Shown: piece after piece, positions 30,061 through 43,018 of the stretch | Layout of the letters: each line of letters opens with the position of its first letter | Numbering within the stretch: position 1 is the stretch's first letter | Source: the human T2T-CHM13v2.0 reference genome, Homo sapiens | Assembly: GCF_009914755.1 (NCBI RefSeq) | Contig: NC_060937.1 | Length of the DNA: 64,000 nt | Reading direction: 5' to 3' (one strand) | Made by a program: the position numbers and the translations under genes | The notes under the pieces: generated by a model | Database searches by the model: none | What the model was told of the DNA's origin: nothing | What the model saw: the letters and a program-made list of their open reading frames with translations, nothing else

Positions 30061-31267
30061 AGGCTCTTTAGGTATCCTTAATGCCTAGTGTAGTCCCTGG
30101 CGTTTTAGTAGGGCTCCATAAATATTTGAATCTATTTGAAAGATTCAAATGGATTATGGAAACAAGACGATAGCTAATTAAGTAAAGTGGCAGCATTTTT
30201 TTTTTTTAACTTTTAAATTCAGGTATAGCATGCACATAGGCTTTCAATGAACTTTTACAAAATGAACACACCTATATAACCACCACCTAGATCAAGAACT
30301 GTTTTACCATCACCCCAAAAGTGTCACCTTGCGAAGATAACCACTATTACCACCATCTCATAGTTTGTTTCTAATTTGGTCTGAGTGGAATCATACATTA
30401 TGCATTTTTGTGTCTGGTATCTTTCAGTCAACATTGTTTTTGAGATACTTATCTCTGTATGGCTGTAATTCATAGTATTCCATTGTTTATAACAAAATTT
30501 ACCTAATGTTGATGTTCACTTGCGTTGTTTCTAATTCAGGGCTATTACAAATAAAGCTTCTATAATGTGCACATCTGTTTTACATGTGCGTGTGTGCTTA
30601 TTTCTGTTGGAAGAATATAAACCTAGGAGTGAAAAGGCTGGGTCATGGAGTATATGTGTTTTTGCCAAACAAATTTTCATATGCTTGTTTGACTTATAAG
30701 GTGCTGCTGCTGGCTTTAATGGGGACATATAACACATGGTATATAAATCCTATTAACCTTCCAAAATGCAAAAAAAGAATTTCAAATTCTGAAATACATT
30801 TAGACCCAAAGGTTTTGGATGAGGGGTTATGGAGCTATATATATAAATACACATGAACATGTACATAGCAATTTTATTTCTTAGAGGCACATGTGAAATT
30901 CCCATTTCTTTTTTTAAATTCACTCCCCATTAATGCTTCTTAAAAGTAATCTATGTATTCTTAGTTCTACCTGTTTTTCTGTTTGGGTTTCTTTGTTGTT
31001 ATCTTTGTCTATGTTGGCTTATAAATAAAAACGCCTAGGGGAAAGAGGTGCTAAGATTCTCAGATAGTGAATGGCAATGACTAAGACAGGTCCTTAAAGG
31101 CTTCAGGGCTCCAGTGCTCAAATATGCATAGGGTCTCACACAAAACTTCCCATTCAGATGGTAAGGAACAGGTTCTTGAATCACTCTTGTAACAAACACC
31201 CAGGTGATTCTGATATGCATGGTTCATGGTTACACTTTGAGAAATACCACTTTGAAATTTAACAAAT

Positions 31268-31651
<384 letters not shown>

Positions 31652-31750
31652 TTACTGAAGCACATTATTTCAAACCTTGGACACTTTAAATAGAACACTG
31701 TTATAATAAATTTGACCAAATATCAACATTACATTTCATCAAAATGAGAC

Positions 31751-32152
31751 TGTCAGGCCTCTGAGCCCAAGCTAAGCCATCATATCCCCTGTGACCTGCA
31801 CGTATACATCCAGATGGCCTGAAGTAACTGAAGAATGACAAAAGAAGTGAAAATGGCCTGTTCCTGCCTTAACTGATGACATTACCTTGTAAAATTCCTT
31901 CTCCTGGCTCATCCTGGCTCAAAAGCTCCCCTGCTGAACATCTTGTGACCCCCATCCCTGCCTGCCAGAGAACAACCCCCCTTTGACTGTAATTTTCCTT
32001 TACCTACCCAAATCTTATAAAATGGCCCCACCCCTATCTCCCTTCGCTGACTCTCTTTTCGGACTCAGCCTGCCTGCACCCAGGTGAAATAAACAGCCTT
32101 GCTGCTCACACATAGCCTGTTTGGTGGTCTCTTCACATGGACACGAGTGAAA
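31751..32152 (+). mobile_element. Solo HERV-H LTR (LTR7 family, different subtype from the provirus)
   Basis: TGTCAGGCCTCTGAGCCC...GTGAAA with its own TSD GAGAC (31746-31750 and 32153-32157); no PBS follows. Confidence 0.95.
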
Positions 32153-32727
32153 GAGACCCTACTGTTACACAGTAGGAGGACACGGTACTCTCTGTGTACA
32201 GAAAACTTACCCAGGTTAGAAGAGGAGTGAGTACAGGACATTTTGAAAAAGCCCTTTCTTATAGTACTTGTGATGCCTGCGGATATTTCATACCAACCCA
32301 CAGAAAGGGTGTTTTTGATGACAGAAATGAGTAATGTTGGGCCGCTGACTAGGGATGATTTTGTTGTGAGAAAATAAAGGTATTCTGTGAACTATAATTT
32401 GGACACTTCCCCTTGCTTCAGATAGAACATTTTAGTGTGAGAAAAACAGTGTTCCCAAAGCGTGACATTTCTTGCTTTTGTTTTAAATTGTATGCAAACT
32501 TTGGATTGTACTTCATAAGAGACCCACGTGTTTATAAAATGTTTTGTCATATCCTTAATCATAATATCTTTAACACTCAAATATTTACTTATTTGTCTTT
32601 GAATACCTTTCTGATCTCTGCCACAGCCCTCGGGAGGAATTTTTTACCTCCTTTTGAGAAACAAGGGTGTTGTAATAATTGTTGAATTAGGAATTCTTCA
32701 TTCCTTATATTTTCATTTCTTTATTAT

Positions 32728-33150
32728 TGTCAGGCTTCTGAGCCCAAGCTAAGCCATCATATCCCCTGTGACCTGCACGTACACATCCAGATGGCCAGTT
32801 CCTGCCTCAACTGATTGCCTTAACTGATGACATTCCACCGCAAAAGAAATGAAAATGGCCTGTTCCTGCCTTAACTGATGACATTATCTTGTGAAATTCC
32901 TTCTCCTGGCTCATCCTGGCTCAAAAGCTCCCCTACTGAGCACCTTGTGACCCCCACTCCTGCCCGCCAGAGAACAAGCCCCCTTTGACTGTAATTTTCC
33001 TTTACCTACCCAAATCATAAAATGGCCCCACCCCTATCTCCCTTCACTGACTCTCTTTTCGGACTCAGCCCGCCTGCACCCAGGTGATTAAAAGCTTTAT
33101 TGCGCACACAAAGCCTGTTTGGTGGTCTCTTCACACAGACGTGCATGAAA
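32728..33150 (+). mobile_element. HERV-H 5' LTR (LTR7 family)
   Basis: TGTCAGG...CATGAAA; followed directly by the PBS. Confidence 0.96.
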
Positions 33151-33152
33151 TT

Positions 33153-33170
33153 TGGTGCTGTGACTCGGAT
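33153..33170 (+). other. Primer binding site for tRNA-His
   Basis: TGGTGCTGTGACTCGGAT versus the tRNA-His complement TGGTGCCGTGACTCGGAT (one CpG-type change). Confidence 0.92.
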
Positions 33171-33670
33171 TGGGGACCTCCCTTGGGAGATCAATCCCCT
33201 GTCCTCCTGCTCTTTGCTCCATGAAAAAGATCCACCTACGACCTCGGGTCCTCAGACCCACCAGCCCAAGGAACATCTCACCAATTTTAAATTGGATAAG
33301 CAGCCTCTTCTTACTCTCTTCTCCAACCTCTCTCACTATCCCTCAACCACTTTCTCCTTTCAATCTTGGTGCCACCCTTCAATCTCTCCCTTCTCTTAAT
33401 TTCAATTCCTTTCATTTTCTGGCAGAGACAAAGGAGACACATTTTATCCGTGGACCCAAAACTCCGGCGCCGGTCACGGACTCAGGAAGGCAGCCTTCCC
33501 TTGGTGTTTAATCATTGCAGGGACGCCTCTCTGATTATTCACCCACGTTTCAGAGGTGTCTGACCACGCAGGGACGCCTGCCTTGGTCCTTCACCCTTAG
33601 CGGCAAGTCCCACTTTTCTGGGGGAGGGACAAGAACCCTGACCCCTTGTCTCCCTGTCTCTACCCCTTCT

Positions 33671-33870
33671 CTCTATCCCTTATTTCCATGCCCCGACCCC
33701 TTATCTCTGCGCCCCAATCCCTTATTTCCACGCCCCGACCTCTTATTTCTGCACATCGATCCCTTATTTCCGTGCCCCAACCTCTTATCTCTGTGCCCTA
33801 ACCCCTTATTTTCCAAGCCCCAACCTCTTATCTCTGCGTCCCAACCCCTTATTTCCATGCCCCGACCCCT
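33671..33870 (+). repeat. ~21-bp C-rich tandem array in the HERV-H pre-gag leader
   Basis: About 9 units of CCCCRACCYCTTATYTCYRYG. Confidence 0.85.
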
Positions 33871-34016
33871 TCTCTGCTTTTCTGGGGGACAAGAACCCCC
33901 CCGACCCCTTCTCTCCGTGTCTCTACCCCTTCACTGCTTTTCTGGGGGGCAAGAACCCCCCACCCCTTTTCTCCATGTCTCTACTCTCTCTTTTCTCTGG
34001 GCTTGCCTCCTTCACT

Positions 34017-35255
34017 ATGGGCAAGCTCCCGCCCTCCATTCCCTCTTCTCCCTTAGCCTGTGTTCTTAAAAACCTAAAACCTCTTCAATTCACACCTGAC
34101 CTAAAACCTAAATGGCTTATTTTCTTCTGCAATGCCCTTGACCCCAATACAAACTCAACAGTGGTTCCAAATAGCCAGAAAATGGCACTTTCAATTTTTC
34201 CATCCTACAAGATCTAAATAATTCTTGTCGTAAAATGGGCAAATGGTCCGAGGTGCCTGACGTCCAGGCATTCTTTTACACATCGGTCCCTCCCTGGTCT
34301 CTGTTCCCAATGCAACTCGTCCCAAATCTTCCTTCTTTCCCTCCTGCCTGTCCCCTCAGTCCCAACCCCAAGCATCGCTGAGTCTTTCTAATCTTCCTTT
34401 TCTACAGACCCATCTGACCTCTCCCCTCCTTGCCAGGCCGAGCTAGGTCCCAGTTCTTCCTCAGCCTCTGCTCCTCCACCCTATAATCCTTTTTATCACC
34501 TCCCCTCCTCACACCCAGTCCAGCTTACAGTTTCCTTCTGTGACTAGCCCTCCCCCACCTGCCCAGCAATTTCCTCTTAAAAAGGTGGCTGGAGCTAAAG
34601 GTATAGACAAGGTTAATGCTCCTTTTTCTTTATCCCAAATCAGATAGCGTTTAGGCTCTTTATAAAAACCCAGCCCAGTTCATGGCTCATTTGGCAGCAA
34701 CCCCGAGACGCTTTACAGCCCTAGACCCTAAAAGGTCAAAAGGCCGTCTTATTCTCAATATGCATTTTATCACCCAATCCACTCCTGACATTAGGAAAAA
34801 ACTTCAAAAATTAGAATCTGACCCTCAAACCCCACAACAGGAATTAATCAACCTCGCCTTCAAGGTGTACAATAATAGAGAGGAAGCAGCCAGACGGCAA
34901 TACATTTCTGAGTTACAATTACTTGCCTCTGCTTTGAGACAAAACCCAGCCACACCTCCAGCATACAAGAACTTCAAAATGCCTAAGCCGCACACACCTA
35001 AGCTCAGCAGTCAAGCATTCCTACAAGACCTCCTCCCCCAGGAGCTTGCTATAAGTGCCGGAAATCTGGCCACTAGGCCAAGGAATGCCCACAGCCCAGG
35101 ATTCCTCCTAAGCCACATCCCATCTGTGCAAGACTCCACTGAAAATCGGACTGTTCAACTCACCTGGCAGCACTCCCAGAGCCCCTGGAACTCTGGCCCA
35201 AGGCTCTCTGACTGACTCCTTCCCAGATCTTCTTGGCTTAGCAGCTGAAGACTGA
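34017..35255 (+). pseudogene. HERV-H gag remnant
   Basis: Starts MGKLPPSIPSSPLACVLKNLKPL; capsid-like HFITQSTPDIRKKLQKLE; zinc knuckle CYKCRKSGH*AKEC near 35047 with an internal stop; ends AAED*; frameshifted. Confidence 0.88.
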
Positions 35256-37640
35256 CACTGCCCGATCGCCTCGGAAGCCTACAGGACCATCACAGACACT
35301 CTGGGTAACTCTCACAGTGGAAGGTAAGTCCGTCCCCTTCTTAATCAATATGGAGGCTACCCACTCCACATTACCTTCTTTTCAAGGGCCTGTTTCCCTT
35401 ACCTCCGTAACTGTTGTAGGTATTGACGGCCAGGCTTCTAAACCTCTTAAAACTCCCCAACTCTGGTGCCAACTTAGACAATACTCTTTTAAGCACTCCT
35501 TTTTAGTTATCCCCACCTGCCCAGTTCCCTTATTAGGCCGAGACACTTTAACTAAATTATCTGCTTCTCTGACTATTCCTGGACTACAGCCACATCTCAC
35601 TGCCGCCCTTCTTCCCAATCCAAAGCCTCCTTTGCGTCCTCCTCTTGTATCCCCCCACCTTAACCCACAAGTATAGGATACCTCTACTCCCTCCTTGGCG
35701 ACCGATCATGCACCCCTTACCATCTCACTAAAACCTAATCACCCTTATCCCGCTCAATGCCAATATCCCATCCCACAACATGCTTTAAAAGGATTAAAGC
35801 CTGTTATCACTCGCCTGTTACAGCATGGCCTTTTAAAGCCTATAAACTCTCCTTACAATTCCCCCATTTTACCTGTCCTAGAACCAGACAAGCCTTACAA
35901 GTTAGTTCAGGATCTGCGCCTTATCAACCAAATTGTTTTGCCTATCCACCCCGTGGTGCCAAACCCATATACTCTCCTATCCTCAATACCTCCCTCAACA
36001 ACCCATTATTCTGTTCTGGATCTCAAACATGCTTTCTTTACTATTCCTTTGCACCCTTCATCCCAGCCTCTCTTCACTTTCACTTGGACTGACCCTGACA
36101 CCCATCAGGCTCAGCAATTTACCTGGGCTGTACTGCCACAAGCCTTCACTGACAGCCCCCATTACTTCAGTCAAGCCCAAATTTCTTCCTCATCTGTTAC
36201 CTGTCTCGGTGTAATTCTCATAAAAACACATGTGCACTCCCTGCTGATCGTGTCTGACTGATCTCTCAAACCCCAACACCTTCTACATCCTAGGCATGGT
36301 TGGATACTTTCGACTTTAGATACCTGGTTTTGCCATCCTAACAAAACCATTATATAAACTCACAAAAAGAAACCTAGCTGACCCCATAGTTCCTACATCC
36401 TTTCCCCACTCCTTTTTCTGTTCCTTGAAGACAGCTTTAGAGACTGCCATCACCCTAGCCCTCCCTGACTCATCCCAACCCTTTTCATTACCCACAGCCA
36501 AAGTGCAGGGCTGTGCAGTTGGAATTCTTACACAAGAACTGGGACCGTGCCCTGTAGCCTTTTTATCCAAACAATTTGACCTTACTGTTTTGGCTAGCCC
36601 TCAAGTCTGCATGCAGCGGCCGATGCCACCCTAATACTTTTAGAGGCCCTTAAAATCATAAACTATGCTCAACTCACTCTCTACAGTTCTCATAACATAC
36701 AAAATCTATTTTCTTCCTCACACCTGACACATATACTTTCTGCTCCTTGGCTCCTTCAGCTGTACTCACTCTTTGTTGAGTCCCACAATTAACACTGTTC
36801 CTGGCCCAGACTTCAATCTGGTCTCCCACATTATTCCTGATACCACAGCTGACCCCCATGACTGTCTCTCTCTGATCCACCTGACATTCACCCCATTTCC
36901 CCATATTTCCTTCTTTCCTGTTCCTCACCCGGATCACACTTGGTTTATTGATGGCAGTTCCACCAGGCCTAATCGCCACACACCAGCAAAGGCAGGCTAT
37001 GCTATAGTACAAGCCACTAGCCTGCCTCTTAGAACCTCTCATTTCCTTTCCATCGTAGAAATCTGTCCTCAAGGAAATAACTTCTCAGTGTTCCATCTGC
37101 TATTCTATGACTCCTCAGGGATTATTCAGGCCCCCTCCCTTCCCTACACATCAAGCTCGGGGATTTGCCCCTGCCCAGGACTGGCAAATTGGCTTTACTC
37201 AACATGCCCCAAGTCAGAAAACTAAAATACCTCTTAGTCTGGGTAGACACTTTCACTGGATGGGTAGAGGTCTTTCCCACAGGGTCTGAGAAGGTCACCG
37301 CAGTCATTTCTTCCCTTCTGTCAGACATAATTCCTCGGTTTGGCCTTCCCACCTCTATACAGTCCAATAGCAGACTGGCCTTTATTAGTCAAATCAGCCA
37401 AGCAGTTTTTCAGACTCTTAGTATCCAGTGAAACCTTTATATCCCTTACAGTCCTCAGTCTTCAGGAAAAGTAGAACGGACTAAAGGTCTTTTAAAAACA
37501 CACCTCACCAAGCTCAGCCACCAACTTAAAAAGGACTGGACAATACTTTTACCACTTTCCCCTCTCAGAATTCAGGCCTGTCCTTGGAATGCTATAGGGT
37601 ACAGCCCATTTAAGCTCCTGTATAGATGCTCCTTTTTATT
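35256..37640 (+). pseudogene. HERV-H pro/pol remnant (protease, RT, RNase H, integrase fragments)
   Basis: Protease-like FLINMEATHS (catalytic Asp lost); RT motifs VQDLRLIN, LDLKHAFF and LPQ..DSP, then a deletion removing YxDD; RNase H WFIDGSS; integrase LVWVDTFTGWVE. Confidence 0.9.
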
Positions 37641-38264
37641 AGGCCCCAGTCTCATTCCAGACACCAGACCAACTTAGACTGTGCCCCAAAAAACTTGTCA
37701 TCCCTACTATCTTCTCTCTAGTCATACTCCTATTCACCGTTCTCAACTACTCATACATGCCCTGCTCTTGATTACACTGCCGGTTTACACTGTTTCTCCA
37801 AGCCATCACAGCTGATATCTCCTGGTACTATCCCCAAACCGCCACTCTTAACTCTTAAAGTAAATAAATAATCTTTGCTGGCAAGGCTATGCTGAACCTC
37901 CTTAGGCACTCTCTAATTAGATGTCCTAGGTCCTCCCAATTCTTAGACCTTTAATACCTGTTTTTCTCCTTCTTTTATTCCCTTTAGTTTTTCAATTCAT
38001 ACAAAACCATATCCAGGCCATCACCAATAATTCTACATGACAAATGTTTCTTCTAACAACCCCATAATATCACCCCTTACCACAAAATCTTCCTTCAGCT
38101 TAATCTTTCCCACTCTAGGTTCCCACGCTGCCCCTAATCCCGCTTGAAGCAGCCCTGAGAAACATCGCCAATTATCTCTCCATACCACCCCCCAAAATTT
38201 TCGCAGTCTCAACACTTTACCACTATTTCATTTTATTTTTCTTATTAACATAAGAAGACAGGAA

Positions 38265-38672
38265 TGTCAGGCCTCTGAGCCCAAGCTAAGCTGTCATATC
38301 CCCTGTGACCTGCACGTACACATCCAGATGGCCGGTTCCTGCCTTAACTGATGACATTCCACCACAAAAGAAATGAAAATGGCCTGTTCCTGCCTTAACT
38401 GATGACATTATCTTGTGAAATTCCTTCTCCTGGCTCATCCTGGCTCAAAAGCTCCCCTACTGAGCACCTTGTGACCCCCACTCCTGCCCACCAGAGAACC
38501 CCACTTTGACTGTATTTTACTTTACCTATGCAAATCTTATAAAACGGCCCCACCCCTATCTCCCTTCACCGACTCTCTTTTCAGACTCAGCCCGCCTGCA
38601 CCCAGGTGATTAAAAGCTTTATTGCTCATACAAAGCCTGTTTGGTGGTCTCTTCACACAGACTCACATGAAA
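38265..38672 (+). mobile_element. HERV-H 3' LTR (LTR7 family)
   Basis: About 95% identical to the 5' LTR by manual alignment; preceded by the PPT. Confidence 0.96.
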
Positions 38673-39327
38673 ATTATACTTAGCACTATCTGACTTATTC
38701 TATTTATTGATGTGCTTATTATCTGTCTTCTCCCCTACTCCCCCAACCCTGCTCCTCTGACTCATAAATTCTGGTAAGGCAGGCTCACTCTGTCTTATTC
38801 ACTGCCATATCCTCAGCACCTAGAGAAGTGCCTGGCACACAGAGGTTCTCAAACATATGGTGAATGATGATTGACAGCTATGAGGACACTAGGCTGCACT
38901 GGGTATGGTATATACTGTTTCTCACTGATTGAGCCCAGATTCAGCCTAGGAAGCCTTTTCAACACAGCGACCAGCGTCACTGGATGGGTAATGGTGCACA
39001 ACTGAAACATATTCCATATCCCTGAATTGCATGCCCTCAAAGGTCTCTAATGCTAATATTCTTTGATTCTACGTATCAGAAGTTAAAATAGCCAAAGCAT
39101 TTAAAAGAGAGGTTTAAGCAAAAGATTCAGGAGAGAATATTAAACTCCTTATTAGGAATTTTAAAAGTAGCTACTTTGTAGCAACCAAACTTTCCTTTAA
39201 AATGCCATAAAGTCAGTTGTTACAAAGAAAACCATTTTCCCATTCAAATATTATAATTAGGGAGATAATATCACTGATCAAAGGTTTAGTCGTATAAAAA
39301 CTGCTGGAAAGAACTATGTATTGGGCT

Positions 39328-39623
<296 letters not shown>

Positions 39624-39669
39624 TTAATTCAACATTTAATTAATAAAGTTTATACAGGCTCTTGGGTGG

Positions 39670-39974
39670 TGTTATGCTCTGAACTGTGTCCCACCAAAAT
39701 TCATGTGCTGAAGCCCTAACCCTCAGTACTTCAGAATGTGACTGTATTTGGAGATAGGGCCTTTAAAGAGGCAGTTTAAGTTAAAATGAGGTAATTAGGG
39801 TGGGCCTTCATCCATTCTGACTGGTGTCCTTATAAGAAGAGAAAATCTGGACACACATGTGACACTAGGGATGCATGAACAGAGAAAAGGCCACAGGAAG
39901 ATTCAGCGAGCAGGTGGCCATAGGCAAGCCAAAATCACTGCATCTTGTTATGGCAGCCCTAGCAAACTAATCCA
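39670..39974 (+). mobile_element. MLT1B-like LTR (internally deleted)
   Basis: TGTTATGCTCTGAACTGTGTCCCACCAAAATTCATGTG...GGCAGCCCTAGCAAACTAATCCA. Confidence 0.78.
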
Positions 39975-40357
39975 GATGGCCTAAATCTCACAGCTGTGTT
40001 CAAAGTACTGTGATAGAGTCAATAAATATTCACTACAGTGGGCCCCACACACTCCTTCCACATCTATCATCCTTGAATTGGAATTCTGGCAACATCAAGG
40101 ACATCTTTAGAGAGTGCCCAAACTTTTCCACTCCCTGGCATTTTAAAACAGGGTATTGGGGAAATACTTTTGATGTGGAGAACAAAGGAATTTTTTTTAC
40201 ATGAAAAATTTAAAACATACCAGAAATAGAAAATAGGGCAATGAACTCCCACACACCTATCACCATTCAACGAGTACCACGATTTCACCTTATTTGCTTC
40301 CTTGTCTCCATGCCCCCTATTTTCCTTAGCTGTAGTATGTTTTTTTATTCATCACCA

Positions 40358-40695
<338 letters not shown>

Positions 40696-40919
40696 TAATT
40701 TATGTATATTGGTATACATACAAAGGTAAAGAAACTGAACTAAACTGAGAAAACATATTTACACTGTCAGAATTCCAAACTATAATACTGACTCTATGCC
40801 CTATAATATTTCAAGTTACCAATCTAAAAAACAATTTTGTCCCTGGGAAATTGCAGAAGTTGAAACACAAATTTTTTAAGTTGTTTCCCTACATTGACAT
40901 ATTTCAAATTCATATTATA

Positions 40920-43018
40920 CTTTTTCATTGAGATATAATTCACACACCATAAAATTTACCCTTTTAAAGTGTGCAATTCAGTGGTTTTTAGTACATTCAT
41001 AGTTATTCAAGAACCACCATCTAATTTCAGAACATTTTCACTGCACTGAAAAGAAACCCAGCACCTATTAGTTGCTCCCCATTGCTCCCTCCCCCATCCC
41101 TTTGGAAACCACTCATCTACTTTCTGTCTCTGAAGATTTGTCTATTCTGGACATTTCATATACGTGGAATCACACCATATGGGGCTTTGTGTCTGGCTTC
41201 TTTCACTTAGTATCTATTTTCTTCAAGGTTCATTCAGGTTGTAACATATATCAGTACTTTATTCCTTTTTATAGCCGAAGCATATTCCATTATATGGACT
41301 TAACACATTTTATTAACCCACTCATTAGTTGGACAGTTTGGTTGTTTCTGCTATTGACTATTATGAATAATGCTTCTATAAATACTTGTGTACAAGTTTT
41401 TGCACAGATGTGTTTTCAAGTCTCTTGGGTATATAACTAAGAAGTGGAATTGCTGGGTCATAAAGTTTAACTGTTTTTAGCTTTTTTACATATATATTTT
41501 TGAGACAGAGTCTTGCTCTGTTGCCCAGGCTGGAGTGCAGTAGCATGATCTTGGCTCACTGCAACCTCCACCTCCTGAGATGAAGCAATTCTCGTGCCTC
41601 AGCTACCTGAGTAGCTGGGATTACAGACGTGCATCACCACATCCGGCTAATTTTATTTCTGTATTTTTCTTAGAGACAAGGTTTTGCCCTGTTGGCCAGG
41701 CTGGTCTCGAACTCCTGGCCTCAAGTGGTCCACCTGTATTGGCTTCTTAAAGTGCTGGGATTACAGGCATGAGCCACCACACCCACCCTTGTATTTAGCT
41801 TTTGAGGGATTGTTAAAAGGTTTATCAAAGTGGTTGTCACATTTTATACCAGCAATATATGAGAGTTCCAATTTCTCCATCTCCCTTCCCCACTACCGCT
41901 GGCAAAAACTGTTCTACTTTCTGTCACTATGAGTTTGGCTACTCTAGGTACATCATATAAGTGGAATCATATAGTATTTGTCCCTTTGTGACTGCCTTAT
42001 TTCACTTAGCATCATGTCCTCAAAGTTCATCTGTATCATAACAAGTGTCAGAATTTCCTACCATTTTAAGGTGGAATGATATTCCATTGTATGTATATAC
42101 CACATTTTTAAAATTGATTCATCTGTCAATGGACATGGGTTGGTTCTACCTTTTGGCTATTATAAATGATGCTGTTATGAGCATGAGTGTACAAATATCT
42201 GTTCAAGTCCTTGCCTTCAATTCTTTTGGGTATATCAATGATATTTTAGAGTTTATAATGTAAGTCTTACAATTCTTATGTTCAATGTGTTTCTTAGTGT
42301 GTTGCTCTTTTTTATGCTATGGTAAATTGAATTATTTTATTAATTTTATTTTCAGATTATTCATTGCTACTGTATAGAAATGCAGTGTTGCATGTTGATC
42401 TTGTATTCTGCAACCTCACTGATTTTACTTACTGATTCTAATAGCTTTTTAGTAGATTTCTTATGGTTTTCTATATGCAAGATCATGTCATCTGTAATAT
42501 ATTGTGTATGATCCTTGAAGTTTTACTGTTAGTTTAGTGGTTAGCTTATGATTAGACAGAGGTTTCCATAATTACCTCAAACAAGTAAGTCTCCCTGCCT
42601 TTGCCAAGTGAGCTCTATGTGCATGTTGGAGCACACTTTCAATGCTTTTGCAGGCAGTTTACAACTCTACCGTGCCTTCACTCCCTGCTTGCCGGAAGCC
42701 TCAAGGTCAGACAGAGGTGACAGATTAGGGCCATCTTAGGTATTACCTGGGCATACACACAACACTGAGCATGCATGTCACCTTCTAGATTTCCAGGAAT
42801 ATGTCAGAGCTTTTCAAAGCCCAATGTGGATATCTTATTTTCCAAACTTTCCTTTCTACGTTTTAAGTCAGCTGTTTATTTGCTTCAGTTGTTATTGCAG
42901 CCTCAGGCAGCTGTGATACTAAACTCTTGTCACTGATTGTTTTTGACAAATGCATCCAGAGAAAAGACTGTTCACAATGAGAGAGCGCTCAGTGAGGTCA
43001 AATAAAGACAAACCTTAT
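40920..43018 (-). mobile_element. Old L1M fragments (with an Alu at 41497-41787); continues at 49148-49520
   Basis: Antisense L1 3'-end-like sequence on both sides of the ERV1 insertion. Confidence 0.65.

Larger units (their letters stand above)
32728..38672 (+). mobile_element. HERV-H provirus (LTR7-int-LTR7), internally deleted, 5945 bp
   Basis: LTRs 32728-33150 and 38265-38672; TSD ATTAT at 32723-32727 and 38673-38677; His PBS; PPT AAGAAGACAGGAA 38252-38264; disrupted gag/pro/pol; env mostly absent. Confidence 0.97.

Noticed and set aside
33671-33870. Tandem array as a CRISPR-like structure
   Set aside because: No unique spacers, degenerate units, eukaryotic retroviral leader context.
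33515-34069. 184-aa Pro/Leu-rich ORF in HERV-H
   Set aside because: Open only because of the C-rich tandem leader repeat.
35695-36261. Reverse transcriptase ORF as an active enzyme or novel RT system
   Set aside because: Ordinary HERV-H pol fragment lacking YxDD and surrounded by frameshifts.
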